A DNA stretch of 64,000 bases from the NCBI RefSeq assembly GCF_963921235.1, contig NC_086099.1:154814001-154878000 (forward strand). The letters are read 5' to 3'. The translations under genes and the position numbers were made by a program. Positions 50,009 through 63,842 of this stretch are shown here, piece after piece. The DNA is from Mobula hypostoma. Taxonomy: Eukaryota. The notes beneath the pieces are model-generated. The model saw only the letters and a program-made list of their open reading frames with translations, did no database searches and was not told where the DNA came from. Each line of letters starts with the position of its first letter. Within the stretch, counting starts at the first letter, position 1.

Positions 50009-51426
50009 AGGTAAAAGTGCAAACTTCCATGGAAGAGATAGTGACCTAATTTAATTACTTATTCACATCTTAATAACTTTATTGATTGCTGATGGCACTT
50101 AATATGCTTCTCCTGGCTAGGTAATCATGTATCATAACCGTTCCTTTAGTACATTTTCATACCTTTGCAATTATTTTACATGTGCCCTCTTGCTCCCAGT
50201 TATGAAAATGCCAACGTATGCAAGTGTAACACAATGGATTCTGGTTACTTGGAGCAGCTGCTTGTTTGGGACAACTCTTAAAGAACTAGAACAAATTGAG
50301 AAAATAGCTGGGATTCCCTTCATTTATTTGGGAAACTATGCCACTTAACTAGGACTGGAGATGGTTGCCAAACAGTTTCTAAGTAGCGTCATTTGCGTGA
50401 ACTTGTGTGGCCAATAGACACTACACCATTCTTAGTGCGATCAGTCTTTAAACAGTATCAATTGCATGTGCTTGTGTTCAGAAAGCAGGGAATTTTGTCA
50501 CTGATTGTTGGTGAGAAATACGCAATAAGACAATTTAGAATAGGAATTGTTTCACTCATTGCTGTTTCAATCATTCAGGTTTGAAAATGCCAGAAATGAC
50601 TATCAGTGACTATGAAATGTTTCAGTACTTCAGCAAATTAGGAATTACAAAGAATTTTAAGGTATCAACAATCATCTTGAATGTTACAATGAAAATGAAG
50701 ATTTGGAGGACGTGGTTGTCAAAAGCATTTTGTATAAAGGCTGTCTATTATCTGCACTAGGTGTCTGTGCTGATTTTATTCATTTGTAGTAATCAAAAGA
50801 ATACAGCAGTGTGTTGGTTGTCTGTTATGTTCGACGATGAAACCAGTGTAGAAGCATTTTTAAAGTGGAAAAGCCATTGCACTGGAACAGTTCCATCCTC
50901 TCAATCTCAGAAACTTGGGTCCACTGGTACAAGTAGTCATCACAAACTGGGATCTTCCTTGGTTGCTGTGGATAATCATGACTTATTCTGTGCTCTATCT
51001 CACCCTTTGCTCCCACGAAGTGTCGCAGAACCTCCCTCTTCGGTGCTGGATCTTATTGTTGATCTCATTCTGATCTCAGTTTGCAAAAGCTGACTTCACA
51101 TGCTTGGACAAGCATATTCCTATTTCGCCTGGGTGTGAGGGCTGCCAGCTACCTTCAGCTGGTTTAGACTGCCTGTTGAAGTGTTATAAAGGGATGTGTC
51201 TGCTGTCATATGCAAACAGCTACTTGGAGCCACAGGTCAGAGCTGAGAGTCCAGTGGGGACCAAAGGTAAGTGGGCAGCTCCAGAAGGGACACAACAAGC
51301 CTCTTCAGCAAAAGTGTTACCCTCATCCCTGTACACCCCATACATGGCAGCATATGATGGGTGAATTCCCCCGCTGATAGCTGTTAGGAGCTAATATACA
51401 GTTTTATGATACTGCCACCGCACATG

Positions 51427-52188
51427 GAATGCAGGAAAAACTCAGCAGGCCAGGCAGCATCTATGGAAGAGAAAAAGTGGAATCTCCCATTGGCCACCCA
51501 TTTTAATTCCACTTCCCATTCTCATTCCGATATGTCAGTCCATGGCCTCCTCTACCGTCATGATGAGGACACACGCAGGTTGGAGGAACAACCTCTTACT
51601 TTCCATCTGAGTAGCCTCCAACATGATGGCATGAACATCAATTTCTTGAACTTCCAGTACTGGCCCCCCCCGCTCCTTCATTAGTCCCCAACCTCATTTT
51701 ACCCTCTCATCTTATCATAGTCATAGTCATACTTTATTGATCCCGGGGGAAATTGGTTTTCGTTAAAGTTGCACCATTGATAATAAATAGTAATAGAACC
51801 ATAATAGTATGTAAATTATGCCAGTATCTCCTTACCTGCCCATCACCTCCCTCTGATGTTCCTTCCCCTTTTTTTCTTCCATGGCCTTCTGTCCTCTCCT
51901 GTCAGACTCCCTCTTCTCCAGCCCTGTATCTCTTTCACCAAACAACTTCCCAACTCTTTACTTCATCCTGCCCCCTCCTGGTTTCACCTTTCAACTTGTG
52001 TTCCTTTCTCCCCTTCCCCCACCTTCTAGCTCTGACTCCTCATCTTCTTTCCTCCAGTCCTGCGAAGGGGCTCAGCCCGAAATGTCGACTGTACTCTTTT
52101 CCATAGATGCTGCCTGGCCTGCTGAGTTCCTCCAGCATCTTGTTTTTGATGCTTGGATTTCCAGCATCTGCAGATTTTCTCTTGTTTA
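51427..52188 (+). mobile_element. Penelope-like fragment: inverted 5' pLTR piece, GIY-YIG remnant, pLTR with hammerhead remnant (52055-52091)
   Basis: LATHFNSTSHSHSDM...RRLEEQ..FHLSSLQ; 51427-51476 is the reverse complement of ~52095-52138; a small LINE tail is inserted at ~51717-51824. Confidence 0.82.
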
Positions 52189-52194
52189 GAATAC

Positions 52195-52393
52195 AGTACT
52201 GTAGTGGGATTGGTGGTATTATAATTTGTTTTGTATTTCATTTAAATAAATAATTTTTTATTCAGTGGAACAGTATTTTGTCTTTTTATACATTTTCAAC
52301 AATTTCTGTGAAATTTAGGGCTAATTGAGGAAGCCATTCAATTGGGCCAAAATGTACTGGTCCCGATGTGTCCCAATTAACTGTAATCCACTG
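52195..52393. mobile_element. TcMar (Tigger/pogo-like) terminal fragment
   Basis: GTCCCAATTAACTGTAATCCACTG|TA end. Confidence 0.5.
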
Positions 52394-53775
52394 TATTCCA
52401 GTTTTAAATGCGAAAGTCTTGCGGAGTTTGGCTGGAGTTTTTATGGTTTAATATTGAGATGTGAACATTGCTGACAGTTATTGCTTATGTGCAAATACAC
52501 TTGAGATTGTGGTGGTAAATCATCTTAAAGTATTCTTGTTTGCCTGGGCAAACATAGTAAGATTTTAACTGATATACAGATATTTTGATACAAGGTGATG
52601 AGAGAGTATTTTATAACTGCAGTTTGGCAAATGATGAAAATCAAAGAAGATGCTAAATGTTTGAATCATAGCTGGTTCTCCTGACAAAACAGTTAATTGG
52701 TAAAGGAGACCACTCTGCAATGTAATTTTTGCTATTTTGGAACCTACTTATTAAGCTGTTATTGATATAAACAAGCATTTAAGAAAAATCAGCTTAGAAA
52801 ACCTTGGCATTCTCAACTTAGGTAACCAACTAATATGGAAAAGAGAATGGGAACTAAAGATATTTGTCCTTTATTAACCCTAAGATGAGTTTACCTAATT
52901 TCTAAATGAGATACACATCAGAAAACTCACAAGCATATGGCAAATTTAATCTGACACATCGCCAGCAAGTGTGCAATTACAATAATAATTAGATTCATAA
53001 CAAATAAAAACAGCCTTCAGTAACATCAATAAATCTTAGTATATTAGAAGGGGAAGTAGATGACAGATCTGATCTACATTTGAACAAATACTAGGCAAAT
53101 TACCATGTGTGTACTCGCTCGTTCTGGGACTACCTTTAATTTTCTCAGCATCTGAGCCATTGATCTGAACCTCTGCTGACAAGTACAATTGGACTTGCAT
53201 CCAACAGAATCCTAATTAGTTCCACATTAGAAGATGATATCAATGACTCTCCAGAATTATGATCTGCATGGTTCAATCTGTGTTCAAAATATTTCAGATG
53301 AGATACAGTAATACTGTACATCCCTTTTTTTTGTTCCATTGTTCCAGCGTGGATCAAATTCTCCTTCAGTATTTCTATTGTCACCCACCTCACACTAGCT
53401 TTGTAATAACAGAAATGAATTGAACAAAGATTTCACAGCAATGAATCCTGTTATGGACAGAAGAAGAAAGGAAAAAAAATCCCACCTTTCGTCTGCATCT
53501 CCCGATTCTGTGCTGCTTGAATATTGATACTGTTCCATTGATGTATTTCTTTCACGACCTATAGTGTAGCATCTGTCTTGTAGTCTTTGCAGCTGATTTG
53601 AGCACCACCTAGAATAAGGAAGATAGTGCCAGCAAGCTCGGTGGTAAATACGAAGTCAATTAGATTGTGCATAAAATATATTTTCTAGAACGATTGTATT
53701 TTTACCAGATAAATATTTTATTAAATTTAACATTAATATCAATAGACCAGAATCTTTTGCAAAATGCCAGAATAC

Positions 53776-53887
53776 CTGCATGGAAATGATGACATTTCTT
53801 CTTGGAAAGTAATTATTCAGGATTCTTGGGCATGAGAAGGTGTTCCTACACCAATGGTTGTTCTTCAGCAGTAATTTCCTGACTGGC
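53776..53887 (-). CDS. Candidate 112-nt exon
   Basis: tttcag|G...CAG|gtattc; one open frame, PVRKLLLKNNHWCRNTFSCPRILNNYFPRRNVIISMQ. Confidence 0.15.
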
Positions 53888-55654
53888 CTGAAATTGGGCG
53901 CCCAGACCAAAACACACAGAATCTATGCAAGTTATATTTGATGCAGGAACAATAATTCCATGCATATTCAAAGGAGAGGAATAGCTGCCAGGGACAGAGG
54001 TAAGGATTAGGTCATTTATATTTTTAATTAATTAATTGAAAATAGTTTTTGTATTCTTAATTTATCCTTCCTTTTTAATCATTATTTTTTTCCTGGCATC
54101 AACTCCGAAACTTCTTCATGAAATATATACTCTCAGTTTCACAATGCTATGTTCCTGAAAGGCAGAGTCATGTTAAAACTTGTAGATGAATATGCAATAA
54201 TAACTATTCCAGATTACAGACTGATTCTGCTTACCTTTATGCGCAAAGCATATAAAATGTTCTAAGTATTTGCCACTGCAAGAACAAGAATGCAGAGCAT
54301 AGTGTGCACGTCTCCAAAAATGGAAACATTTGAAAGTTCCTTTCCATTCATGAATACTCAAAATGTATAGGAGTCAACATGAAGATTTCTGTGAAATCGT
54401 GTCTCCCTTTATGTAGTGTGAACTCATTTTGTTATGTTGCTGAAGTTCCACTTAGATCCTCTCTTGTCTGCTGTAACCTCAATGCCAGTAGTATGGAAAT
54501 TTGGCACCAATAGTTGTCAGGAGAAGCAACACTTAAATCCACTCTTTCTATGATTTGTGAAGCTTCTGCCAATTTTAGACAGTTGCATCTTTAGCCTGCC
54601 GTAAACTCCAGTTTACACACCAGACACTGATGGATTTGGCTTAGCCATTGAACATTATTTTTTGATCTATATTTATCATTGAGACTAAATCTCATGACAA
54701 CACTTGCCCCTTTCAAAGATCAGCTCTATTTGTCACATGTACATTGAGACATAGTATGAAATGTGTCATTTGTGTCAAATCAAATTAGCGAGGATTGATC
54801 GGGAAGTGTTGCTTTGCTTCCAGTGCCAACAGAGCATGCCCACAACTCACTAACTCTATTCGGAATGGGGGCAGAAATGGGAGCACCCGGAGGAAGTGTG
54901 GAAACATTTTCAGAGTAACTCTAAGATTATTAGTTCAGAATCTTCTGGAATGTTTAGATATATTATTGGTATAAGTGTAGAGAAGATTTATCCTATGACA
55001 TTTACAAGCAGTTTTTTGCCGTTGAAACATCACTGCAGCAAGTTTTCCTAATTATGTGTGGAAGTTGCAAAAGTGAATAAAGTTATCACTGGCGTCAGAA
55101 AAGGGACCGTGTAATATACCTGATCATAATAAATAACTGGCAAAATCTGTGGGGAGATTCATTGGTATAAGCAAGCGTTCACGCATGCACAGTACAGTTA
55201 AAAATTCAAAATTAATTTATTATCAACGTATCTGTCACCTAAGTATTTATTATACACACTGTATTTTTCACCATAGAGATTCGTTTTCTTACAGGCACTC
55301 ACAGTAGAGCAGAGAAATGCAATAGAATCAATGAAAAACTCATGATATTGGGTTTGCTGACCGCAAAGCTCTCTACTCAAAGACCGTAAGCTCTATCCGA
55401 TTATAGATAGCTACAGGTACACTCATGGTAACTACCTACTCTTCAAAAACTGTTTATTCTCCACAGCCAGCTTAGCTGCCAGTACCCACTATTTGAGTAG
55501 TGGGTCCCTGCTCCCTACCAAGCAGAAGATACTTTCAGAAAACAAAGTAGTTTAAACACAGTTCATTTATATTTAATGATACACGTTTAAATTCAGATAA
55601 AACTCTTAAAACACATTTAAAACTCACAGAGGAATTTTAACTTAAAAAAACATT

Positions 55655-56455
55655 ACAATGGAATGCTTTGAGAGGTTGGTAATGGCTAGAATCAGCTCCT
55701 GTCTCAGGAAGGACCAGAACCCACTGTAATTTGCCTTTTGCATAATAGGTCTACAGCAGATGTGATCTCAATTGCTCTCCACGCGGCCTTGGATCAGCTG
55801 GACAATGCACGTATCTACAGTATGTCAGGATGTTGTTCATTGACTATAGTTCAGCACTTAACACCATCATTCCTACAGTCCTGATTGAAAGGCTATAGAA
55901 CCTGGACCTCTGTACCTCCCTCTGCAACTGAATCCTCGACTTCCTAACCAGAAGACCACTATCTGCACAGATTGGAAACAACATCTCCACCTCTCTGACA
56001 TCTCAATCAACATTGATGTCCCACAGGGATATGTGCTTAGGCCACTGCTCTACTCTCTCTACAGCTATGACTGCGTGGCTAGCTATAGCTCAAACAGCAT
56101 CTACAAAGTTGCTGATGGTACAACCATTGTTGGCAGAATTTCAGATGGTGACAAAAGGGCGTACAGGGGCGAGATAATATCAGTTAGTTGAGTGGTGTCG
56201 TAGCAACAACCTTGCACTCAAAGTCAGCAAGACCAAAGAGCTGATTGTGGACTTCAGGAAGGGTAAGACAAAGGAACACAAACCAGTTCTTATAGAGGGA
56301 TCAGAAATGGAGAGAGTGAGCGATTTCAAGTTCCTGGGTTTCAATATCTCTGAGGACCTAACCTGGATGTAACATATTGATGCAGCTATAAAGAAGGCAA
56401 GACAGCAGCTATATTTCATTAGGTGTTTGAGAAGATTTGGTTTGTCAACTAAAAC
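55655..56455 (+). mobile_element. Rex1/Babar RT fragment
   Basis: DYSSALNTIIP, PQGYVLRPLLYSLY, KVADGTTIVG, KTKELIVDFRK. Confidence 0.85.
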
Positions 56456-56775
56456 AGAGAGAATATGTCCTGTGGTGGGAGAGTCTAAGACCAGAGCACA
56501 CAAGCTCATAATGGAGGGATGTACTTTTTGAACAGAGATGAGGAAGAATTTCTTTAGCCAGAGAGTGGAGAATCTATGGAATTCATTGCCACAGGCAGCT
56601 ATGGAGGCCAAGTCTTTAAGTATATTAAGGTTGATAGATTCTTCATTTGTCAGGGCATGAAGGGATATGGGGATATGGGGATTGGGGTTGAGTGGGAAAA
56701 TGGATCAGCCATGATGAGGTGGTGGAGCAGACTCGATGGACCTAATAATGCTCCCATATTTATGGTATTATGGAA
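56456..56775 (+). mobile_element. CR1 3' end
   Basis: GAGATGAGGAAGAATTTCTTTAGCCAGAGAGTGG...GGATCAGCCATG. Confidence 0.8.
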
Positions 56776-58228
56776 TAATTTTAAACAATTTCCCTTCTTG
56801 AGACCACATTGCTATGTTTTAGGTAATATTAGAAGACTGAACTACTAATATTACCTTATACATGAAAATGTAGTCTCTTCCTAATGATTCCGTGTTAAAT
56901 CAAAATTATACAGTAGTTTAAATTAAAAAAAGAAAATTCAGATTGTAATGCTAAAGCATGAATAGGACTTAAATAATTTTGAATTAAGAATTTCAGACTG
57001 TATGTACACAAAAAAATCAAACCTATAATGTTTCATTGGCAATGTTCCCAAAACCTAGAACTCATCTAAAAAGTAATGCTTACTGATCTAACACACTACA
57101 TACTTACAATGCTGGAAATAAACATGAACAATTTAAGGAAATAAGCTGACATTAGATAATTAGACCCAAGTTTGTCGCCAGAGGCAAAACCATCCATCTA
57201 TGACTTGCGCTGACCTTGGTTTTAACTCTGCACCCATTAGCTTTACACTTTAAACCGGAGGCGGACTATTCTCAGACATTCAGTAAATAAAGAGGAGCTG
57301 GAATCACCACATTCTGAGAAAAAATCCAGGCACGATTAATACTCTAAGACTGGTCAACCACATCAGGGATAATGTTCCTCAACCACATCTCCTCTCTTTC
57401 TTATACTTTTGTTCTTACCACCATCCCCCAGACAGAACAGCGATAGAGTTCCCTTGGTCTTTACATTTCACCTCACTAGTCTCTGCATTCAGCACATTAT
57501 TCTTTGACATTTCTGCCAAATACAATGTGATCCGACCGTCAGTCCCCACATTCTCACATTCCCAGATTTGCTCATCCCTTCCCATCCATTCTGACCTACC
57601 CCCGTCTCCAGGCACACCACCCCCACTGCAGCTGCTGGAAGTGTAACACCTGTCCCTACACCTTCTCCTTCACTACTAACTAGGAACAATGATGGCCCCT
57701 CCAGTTGAAACAAAGATTCACATGCTTTTCTTCCGACTTCATCTATTGCATCTGGTCCAATCAATGTGGTCTCCTTAATATCAACGTGACTATGCTGTGA
57801 CTAGGAGACGTTGCTCTGCATCTGCACTCTCTCCTTATGGCAGTTTGGAGCTCATGGTTGCAAGCCATTTTATATTCCACTTCACACCGACCTGCTGCCC
57901 TCAGCTCCCTCCACTTCCAGGGTGAGGCCAAGCACAAATCAGAAGAACAGTACAAATCAAATCAAATTAATTGAGTTTAACTATCATTCAAACCATACGT
58001 GGCTATAGTCAAACGAGACAGTGTTCCCCTGGGGCCAAGGTGAGAGAGAGAGAGAGAGAGAGAAAAACACACATTACACAAGAAATCATGTGTATAGTCC
58101 CTGAGCAACGTGCAAATTGATGGTACAGCTCCTGGCAATCCAGCCTGTTATTCCACCAGTCGAACACTGGAGGGCAGCACTGATGGGAGAGGCCAGCTCC
58201 CAAATGAGCATGGACTCCATGCTACACC

Positions 58229-61203
58229 TAGGGGCATACCTATGGAAAATAGTGCCTACGGCAAGCACTGAAATTGCGCCTCTGTTCAAACATCTCACAC
58301 CCATCTTTGAGATAACTTTACCATAGTATCAGCTCAAAAATACAAGTCAAGCTCGTTAATCTTTTAATTAACAAATTATGGCACTACATGAAAATTATAA
58401 CTGCACCTTCCTTGCTTTCACTGATGTAATTTGGTCTATGATGTGATCAAAGTCAGTTTTTTTTCAGTTTCTTCTCTTTCTATACTCAGGAGAGCAAGAT
58501 CACAGAGTCTGCCTTGACCCATGGAGGCTCTCAAATACGAAAGTATTAGTTTTAACTTGCTGAATGATCTCTCACAGCTGGTGATGGAAACTGCGATGGT
58601 CAGCATTATCTGAATAGCAATGCGAAGATTGGGGAAGACGCTCTCATCTCCATATTGAACAATACATTCAAGAAGCTCTTTAGGTTTTGATATTTTCATG
58701 TTGACCCACCTTGATAGCAACATTCTGCAATCCAAAGTTCCTTCATATAGCTGATGTCCATCAACATCAGAGCTGTACAATTCGCCCAGATTTTCACACT
58801 TCTTCTTTAGGTCATTACTGTCGGCGCCTTAACACAGTCCCTCGACAACGAGAAGGAACCTAAACTTGGCGTCAGTGTCATGCAAATGAGCAAATCTTTT
58901 GTCCATTTCTCTGTGAAGACGGTCAAGTGTTCCCTTCATGACTCTTTCCATTTCCTCCTTAGCTGTTAACCCAGCGTCTCTCGAATTCTCATCGGCCATT
59001 CGTTTCTTTCGTCTCTGACGTCTGTCAACTTCAATATTCCATTCTTGACAGAGACCAGCTCCTTCTTCGAGTGACGCACCGACCAAAACTTCTCTTCTAT
59101 CATAAAAATGATCTTGGAGGGCTTTCAAATCCAGGGCAGCATTGTGGAAGTTCATGCTAGGATCCTGCAGCCTCTTTTGAATACGGTCAATGCGAATGAG
59201 TACTTCTGCGTCACTTCTTGTTTTGCTGGTTTCGTTTTCATTGTCTATCATGTCCTGGAGAGCTTGAAGTATCTCCTCAAGGTACTTGTTGACAGGCTTC
59301 ACTACTTCTGTCCTTGCACTCCACCTGGTTTCAGACTCTGACTTAATAACCACAGGCACGGTGTTTTTGAGTTTTCCCAGCACTGCGTTGAATGAGAGAA
59401 AAACACGTAGAGAACTTCAATAGTTCCAAAAAACGTGACCATCATTGTATCCTGCTTGGCTGCATGTACACCTGTCAAGTCGAGTGAGTGATTGTCGTAA
59501 TTCACAAACACTGCCAGGGTGTTTTTCTCACATTCTTTGATGAACACCACTTCTGTGTCCAGCCATCACAGCAGCGTTGTCATAGCACTGTGACTGACAA
59601 TCTTGTAGCTCCATTTCCTCCTTCTCTAGCTGTTTCAAAATGTCTTCAACTAAGCTCTCAGTATCCTTCTGGCTTTTCTGGATAAAACCAAGGAAGGACT
59701 CTCTAACACGGACTGTTTTCCTCTCAAAATCAACTTCCACATACCTCACTACTTCTGACATCTGCTCACGGTGTGCCTGATCAGGAGTCGAGTCGAACAT
59801 GAGACCATAGTACTTGGCGTTACGAATGCTTCTCAGTAAACTCTGGCGAACAGTGGATGCCATCATGTGGATGAATTCGTTCTGGACACCCAGTGAAAGA
59901 TAAGACCTGGATCCAGAATGACTTTCCAAATGAGTGAGGTGTTCTTTTATGACAGGGTCAAAGATGGCCAGTAGTTTCAGTAAGCCAAGGAAATTTTCCA
60001 CACTGGAGTCATCGTCTAGCTGAAGTGACTCCCTGTGTCCTCGCAAAGCCAGGTTCTGAGTCGCAAGGAACTTTATGCAGTGAAGGATTCTCGTCAAGAT
60101 ATCACACCACTTCTGCTTTTCCTTCTCAATCTGTGACTGAAATACCACGTCAATAACTCCTCTGTTTCCAGCTAAATTTCTTTCCACTGTGTGAAGCATT
60201 CCTGATGATTCTTGGCATTTTCATGAACACTAATCCTTTCAGGTGCTTTCCAATGGTTGAATCCACTTTCCTGCTACAATGAGGATTGATGGTCTGACCG
60301 GGAATAGAGAAGATAACAGATAGAAATGCAAACTTTTTAGAAGGGGAATAGACCAGTCATGAGCGAGTCACTTCTTCACCACGACCATTTCCCAATTTCC
60401 TCTTGAACCAAGTTTTGTTCATTGAGCGGTTATTTGTTGGTAGGGAAGGCCCCTCACTGTTCTGGAAATACTTTGAACCCAGCTTTATTATCTCTGTTCT
60501 CAACTCGTCAGGCAGAATTGCTTTTCCAGGATCCTGGTCGAACTTCAGAAGTTCAACGTTATGCTGTTCAATCACTTCTGGTATGACAGTTCGAGGCTCT
60601 TTGACACCATCCAGTTCACTAGGTTCAGTGTTGTCAGGTTCAATCTCGTCAGGTAAAATCTCGTCAATAAACTCAACATCACCACCACCACCATCGTCGT
60701 CCCCTCCTGTCATGTCCACGGTCTCTGTGACAGCCTCACTCTTAATCTCATCATACTCGGATTTATCTGACTTGACTTCCTCCTTGGCTTGTGATGCATT
60801 TGTACTTGATCCACCTTCAGATTCTAATGAACTTGCAGCAGGTGCAGACGACTCCATGGAACGTGTCGAACTACTTGTTCCGGGCTTTTCCAAGAAGGGC
60901 ATGAAGAACTTGCTTGACTTCTTGGCTTCCTCCGCCTCCAACTTTCATCTCTTCCGTCCTTCAGCTCCACTTTCCTTCTTCGTGAAGAAACGTTTCATGG
61001 TCGTCTTACACAATGCTCTGAAGTAAGGCCATCCTAGTGCTTCTCACCCATGATAATCAAATACAGATCATACATCTGAAGAAAATTCTTTTTTCACTAT
61101 CTGAGGATGGCTTGTCTGACTTTAATAGAAATTGCTCAGTGGCACCCCCTTCAAGTGGTGCCCAGGGTGTGTCCATACCTGCCGTACCTTAGATACGCCA
61201 TTG
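58229..61203 (-). mobile_element. Near-complete hAT transposon (2975 bp; Tip100/ZMYM1-like transposase)
   Basis: Imperfect 17-bp TIRs TAGGGGCATACCTATGG / CCTTAGATACGCCATTG; 8-bp TSD GCTACACC (58221-58228) / GCTACAGC (61204-61211). Confidence 0.92.
58395..60998 (-). pseudogene. hAT transposase, disrupted by several stops/frameshifts
   Basis: ALRGH, FDSTPD, QCYDNAA, SETRWS, CERSFSKLKLI dimerisation motif, ending KARKVQL*. Confidence 0.9.
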
Positions 61204-61504
61204 GCTACAGCACCTCCGGCATCGCCTCACCTGGACTGGAGCAGCAGGCAAGACCGCTTGAGGCTGAGTCCTCCCTACAACCGAGGCCAAGCTGCTACCT
61301 CATCACCTGTTTCTCCACCCCACAAGGGAAATATGCCTGTGGCTTCTCACATTATCGATGTCCAACAGGGTCTTGTGTTCTCAGGAGAAATGTCCAAGAC
61401 AGTCACTCATGGTTACACTGCACGCTGCTTTTGTGCACCAACTCCGATATCTTTGAGTAGCAGGCAGCAACACAGTCTGCATTGAGGTCAGCTCCTCTAA
61501 ACCC

Positions 61505-61730
61505 TCTCCGACCCATCTGCTGGCTTCTCCTTCTCCGAGCTGATCACTAGCTTCTCCATCTCCGGCCCGGGTGCCTGCTTCACTTTTTCCGAGCTGAGCA
61601 CTGGTTTCTCCTTCTCTGGCTCAAGAACGGGCTTCATTTTCTCCAAGTCGAGTGATAGCTTCCCCTTCTCCTTCCCTGAGTTGAGCACTGGCTTCTCCTT
61701 CTCTGACTTGTCTGCTGGCTCCTTTGATAT
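61505..61730 (-). repeat. Degenerate 27-bp tandem repeat encoding 9-aa EKEKPVLxx units
   Basis: EKEKPVLNS/EKGKLSLDL/EKMKPVLEP/EKEKPVLSS/EKVKQAPGP/EMEKLVISS/EKEKPADGS in ORF 61497-61823. Confidence 0.8.
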
Positions 61731-63044
61731 ATCAGCCAGTGGCTCTGAACAACGTACAGATCTCTGATGCGGTAGACCCGGTGTACCCATTGTTCTTGGA
61801 GTCCAGTATAGTTTTACAATCATAGAAAATACATTTTAAAATGAAAAGTGCACATTTGTTTGCACCCCCCCCCCCCCCCGGCCACCAGAGAGGCTTCAGC
61901 ATTTGAATGCGACACCATCATACCTCACACTCTGCCTGGAGAGTCTCCATCACAATGGCATTAACATTGAATTATCCAATTTCAGGTACCCTGTTTCTAC
62001 TTATCCATTATTCTTTCCTTCTAATCTCATTAGTCCTCTTCCCAACCAAGCCCTTCTCCTCCTCCTATCTTCAACCACCCAGTTTACTTCTTCTCTCCCA
62101 CCCACTGCATCTGCTCATCATCCACACATTTCTCCAACTGGGTTCCCTATCCCCTCCCTCCGTAATTTCCCATTGCCCACCCCCCCCCTTTATTTGGTTC
62201 CATTCTTCACCTTCCTTTCTTTTCTGATCTGCAGACCTTTGTTGTCTGTTTATCATCTCCAACCTTCCCTCCCCAACTTGACTTCATTTGCCAATCAAGC
62301 CCTCCTCACCTTGATCCACCCAACACTTGCCAGCTCTTACCCCATTCCCTACCCAGCATCTCTGAATATCTTACCTCTACCCTATCAGTACAAACAAAGG
62401 GTCTCAACTGTAAACGTTGACTGTTGATTTTGCTCCACGGATGACGCCTCCAACAGCTCTTCTTTTGCTCCAGATTGCAATGTCCGTATGGCCTTTTCTT
62501 CCCCTTATTTCTAATTGAAAATTCTGATTCAAGTGCTCTCCCACCACAAAGCCAGATACAGGATTGCCTGTAATCTCCAATATTTCTCACTTGCCTCCTA
62601 AAGGCTCTTGTTCAGTTAGCTTTATACTTGCTCAAATATTTTTCAGAACACAATTTAAAAATTCTGTCCCCTCTGTATATTTAACACTGATTCTATCCCA
62701 ATGAATATTAGTGCAATTGAAATCCATCACTGTTACTGCCCTGGAGTGCATGCAATTGACAGAAATTTGCCCGCAAAGCTTTTATTCAATTTCCTTTGGA
62801 CAGCCCCAAAAGAGTAATTGTTCTGTTCTTTGTTCTATAGGCCGACTTATAAAGCTTCATTAAGCAAGTACAATTGACAACCAGAAACACTACAGAAACC
62901 TTGGATATTTACCAAAATCCATAATCCAAAAGGTTTTGGAACTTATATAAGCCTCAGTACTTTGATACTCACAGAAATGAAGTTAAGTAAATCACAATCA
63001 TTTCCACTTCTGCATTTCCTTGAACATGAAAATCAAGTTGCTGG

Positions 63045-63150
63045 AAATCTGATGAAGGGTCTTAGACCTGAATTTTATCTGGTGTTCTTCCCACAGATAC
63101 CGCCTGACATGCTGAGTTTTTTCTAGCATATCTTGTCTATATTTCAACAT
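63045..63150 (+). mobile_element. Old Penelope-like pLTR end with decayed hammerhead
   Basis: CTGATGA-AGG..CCT-GAAT then CACAGATACCGCCTGACATGCTGAG. Confidence 0.6.
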
Positions 63151-63842
63151 TTCCTTTCTTAGGTGAGATTATAGAGAGTGGAAGAGCAAAGAGTACTTTG
63201 CACATACTCATAAAAAGATCTATGGGTAGGGACAAAATGGGTAATGGAGCTAGATATGGCAGAGAAGGAGACAAACCAAGAAAAACCGAATAAATAAAAC
63301 TTTGAAGCAAACAGGGCTGTTTGCTATAACAACAGAGTTTGTAAATATCAGCTGGGAAGTTTACATGTTAGGAATGTTTAACGAAATCAGAGGAATGATG
63401 AAATGACATTGAAGTTAAGCTTATCAATGAAAAGAAGTAATTCAATATGGAAGCTGAGAAGGAAATTTTGAAGAGATCTCAGTGAGAATATTTTCTAATA
63501 TTTGGACCGAAAATGCATGAGCATCTTGTGTTCAGGCTAACTGAGATACATCAGGACCAGCACATTTTGGCCCAATTAGGAGCTAACCCAGTTAGCCGAG
63601 GTTTCATGAAAATAGTTACAAAGGTATGAAAAACACAAACTACCGTTTAACTGAGTAATGAATAATACATTTAAATGAAAATAGATGAAATTAGAATATT
63701 ATTAATCCTACTACAGTATCATAAAACTCTGTATCAGTTCCTAAAAGTCACAGACAGAGTAATTAATCCAGTGTGTGCCACCATGTCCTTTTGATTGACT
63801 GTAAATGAACAAAAAAATCAGTGCTGGCACTTAGTGCAGATA

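Larger units (their letters stand above)
57954..61920 (-). mobile_element. ~1-kb non-autonomous LINE-tail element (host of the hAT insertion)
   Basis: (ATTTG)n tail at 57954; 3' part similar to 1313-1390; continuous across the hAT TSD. Confidence 0.55.
57390..62480 (+). mobile_element. Old Penelope-like element split into 57390-57953 and ~61921-62480
   Basis: GIY-YIG remnant GAGGCCAAGCACAAATCAGAAGAACAGTAC resumes as CTCACACTCTGCCTGG; pyrimidine-rich spacer and decayed pLTR at ~62385-62480. Confidence 0.65.

Noticed and set aside
53145-53393. 82-aa minus-strand ORF in unique DNA
   Set aside because: No recognisable motif and no convincing splice-site pair.
60403-61026. 207-aa Ser-rich plus-strand ORF
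   Set aside because: Antisense shadow of the hAT transposase N-terminus.
61903-62427. 174-aa Pro/Leu/Ser-rich ORF
   Set aside because: Arises from the pyrimidine-rich spacer of a Penelope-like element.
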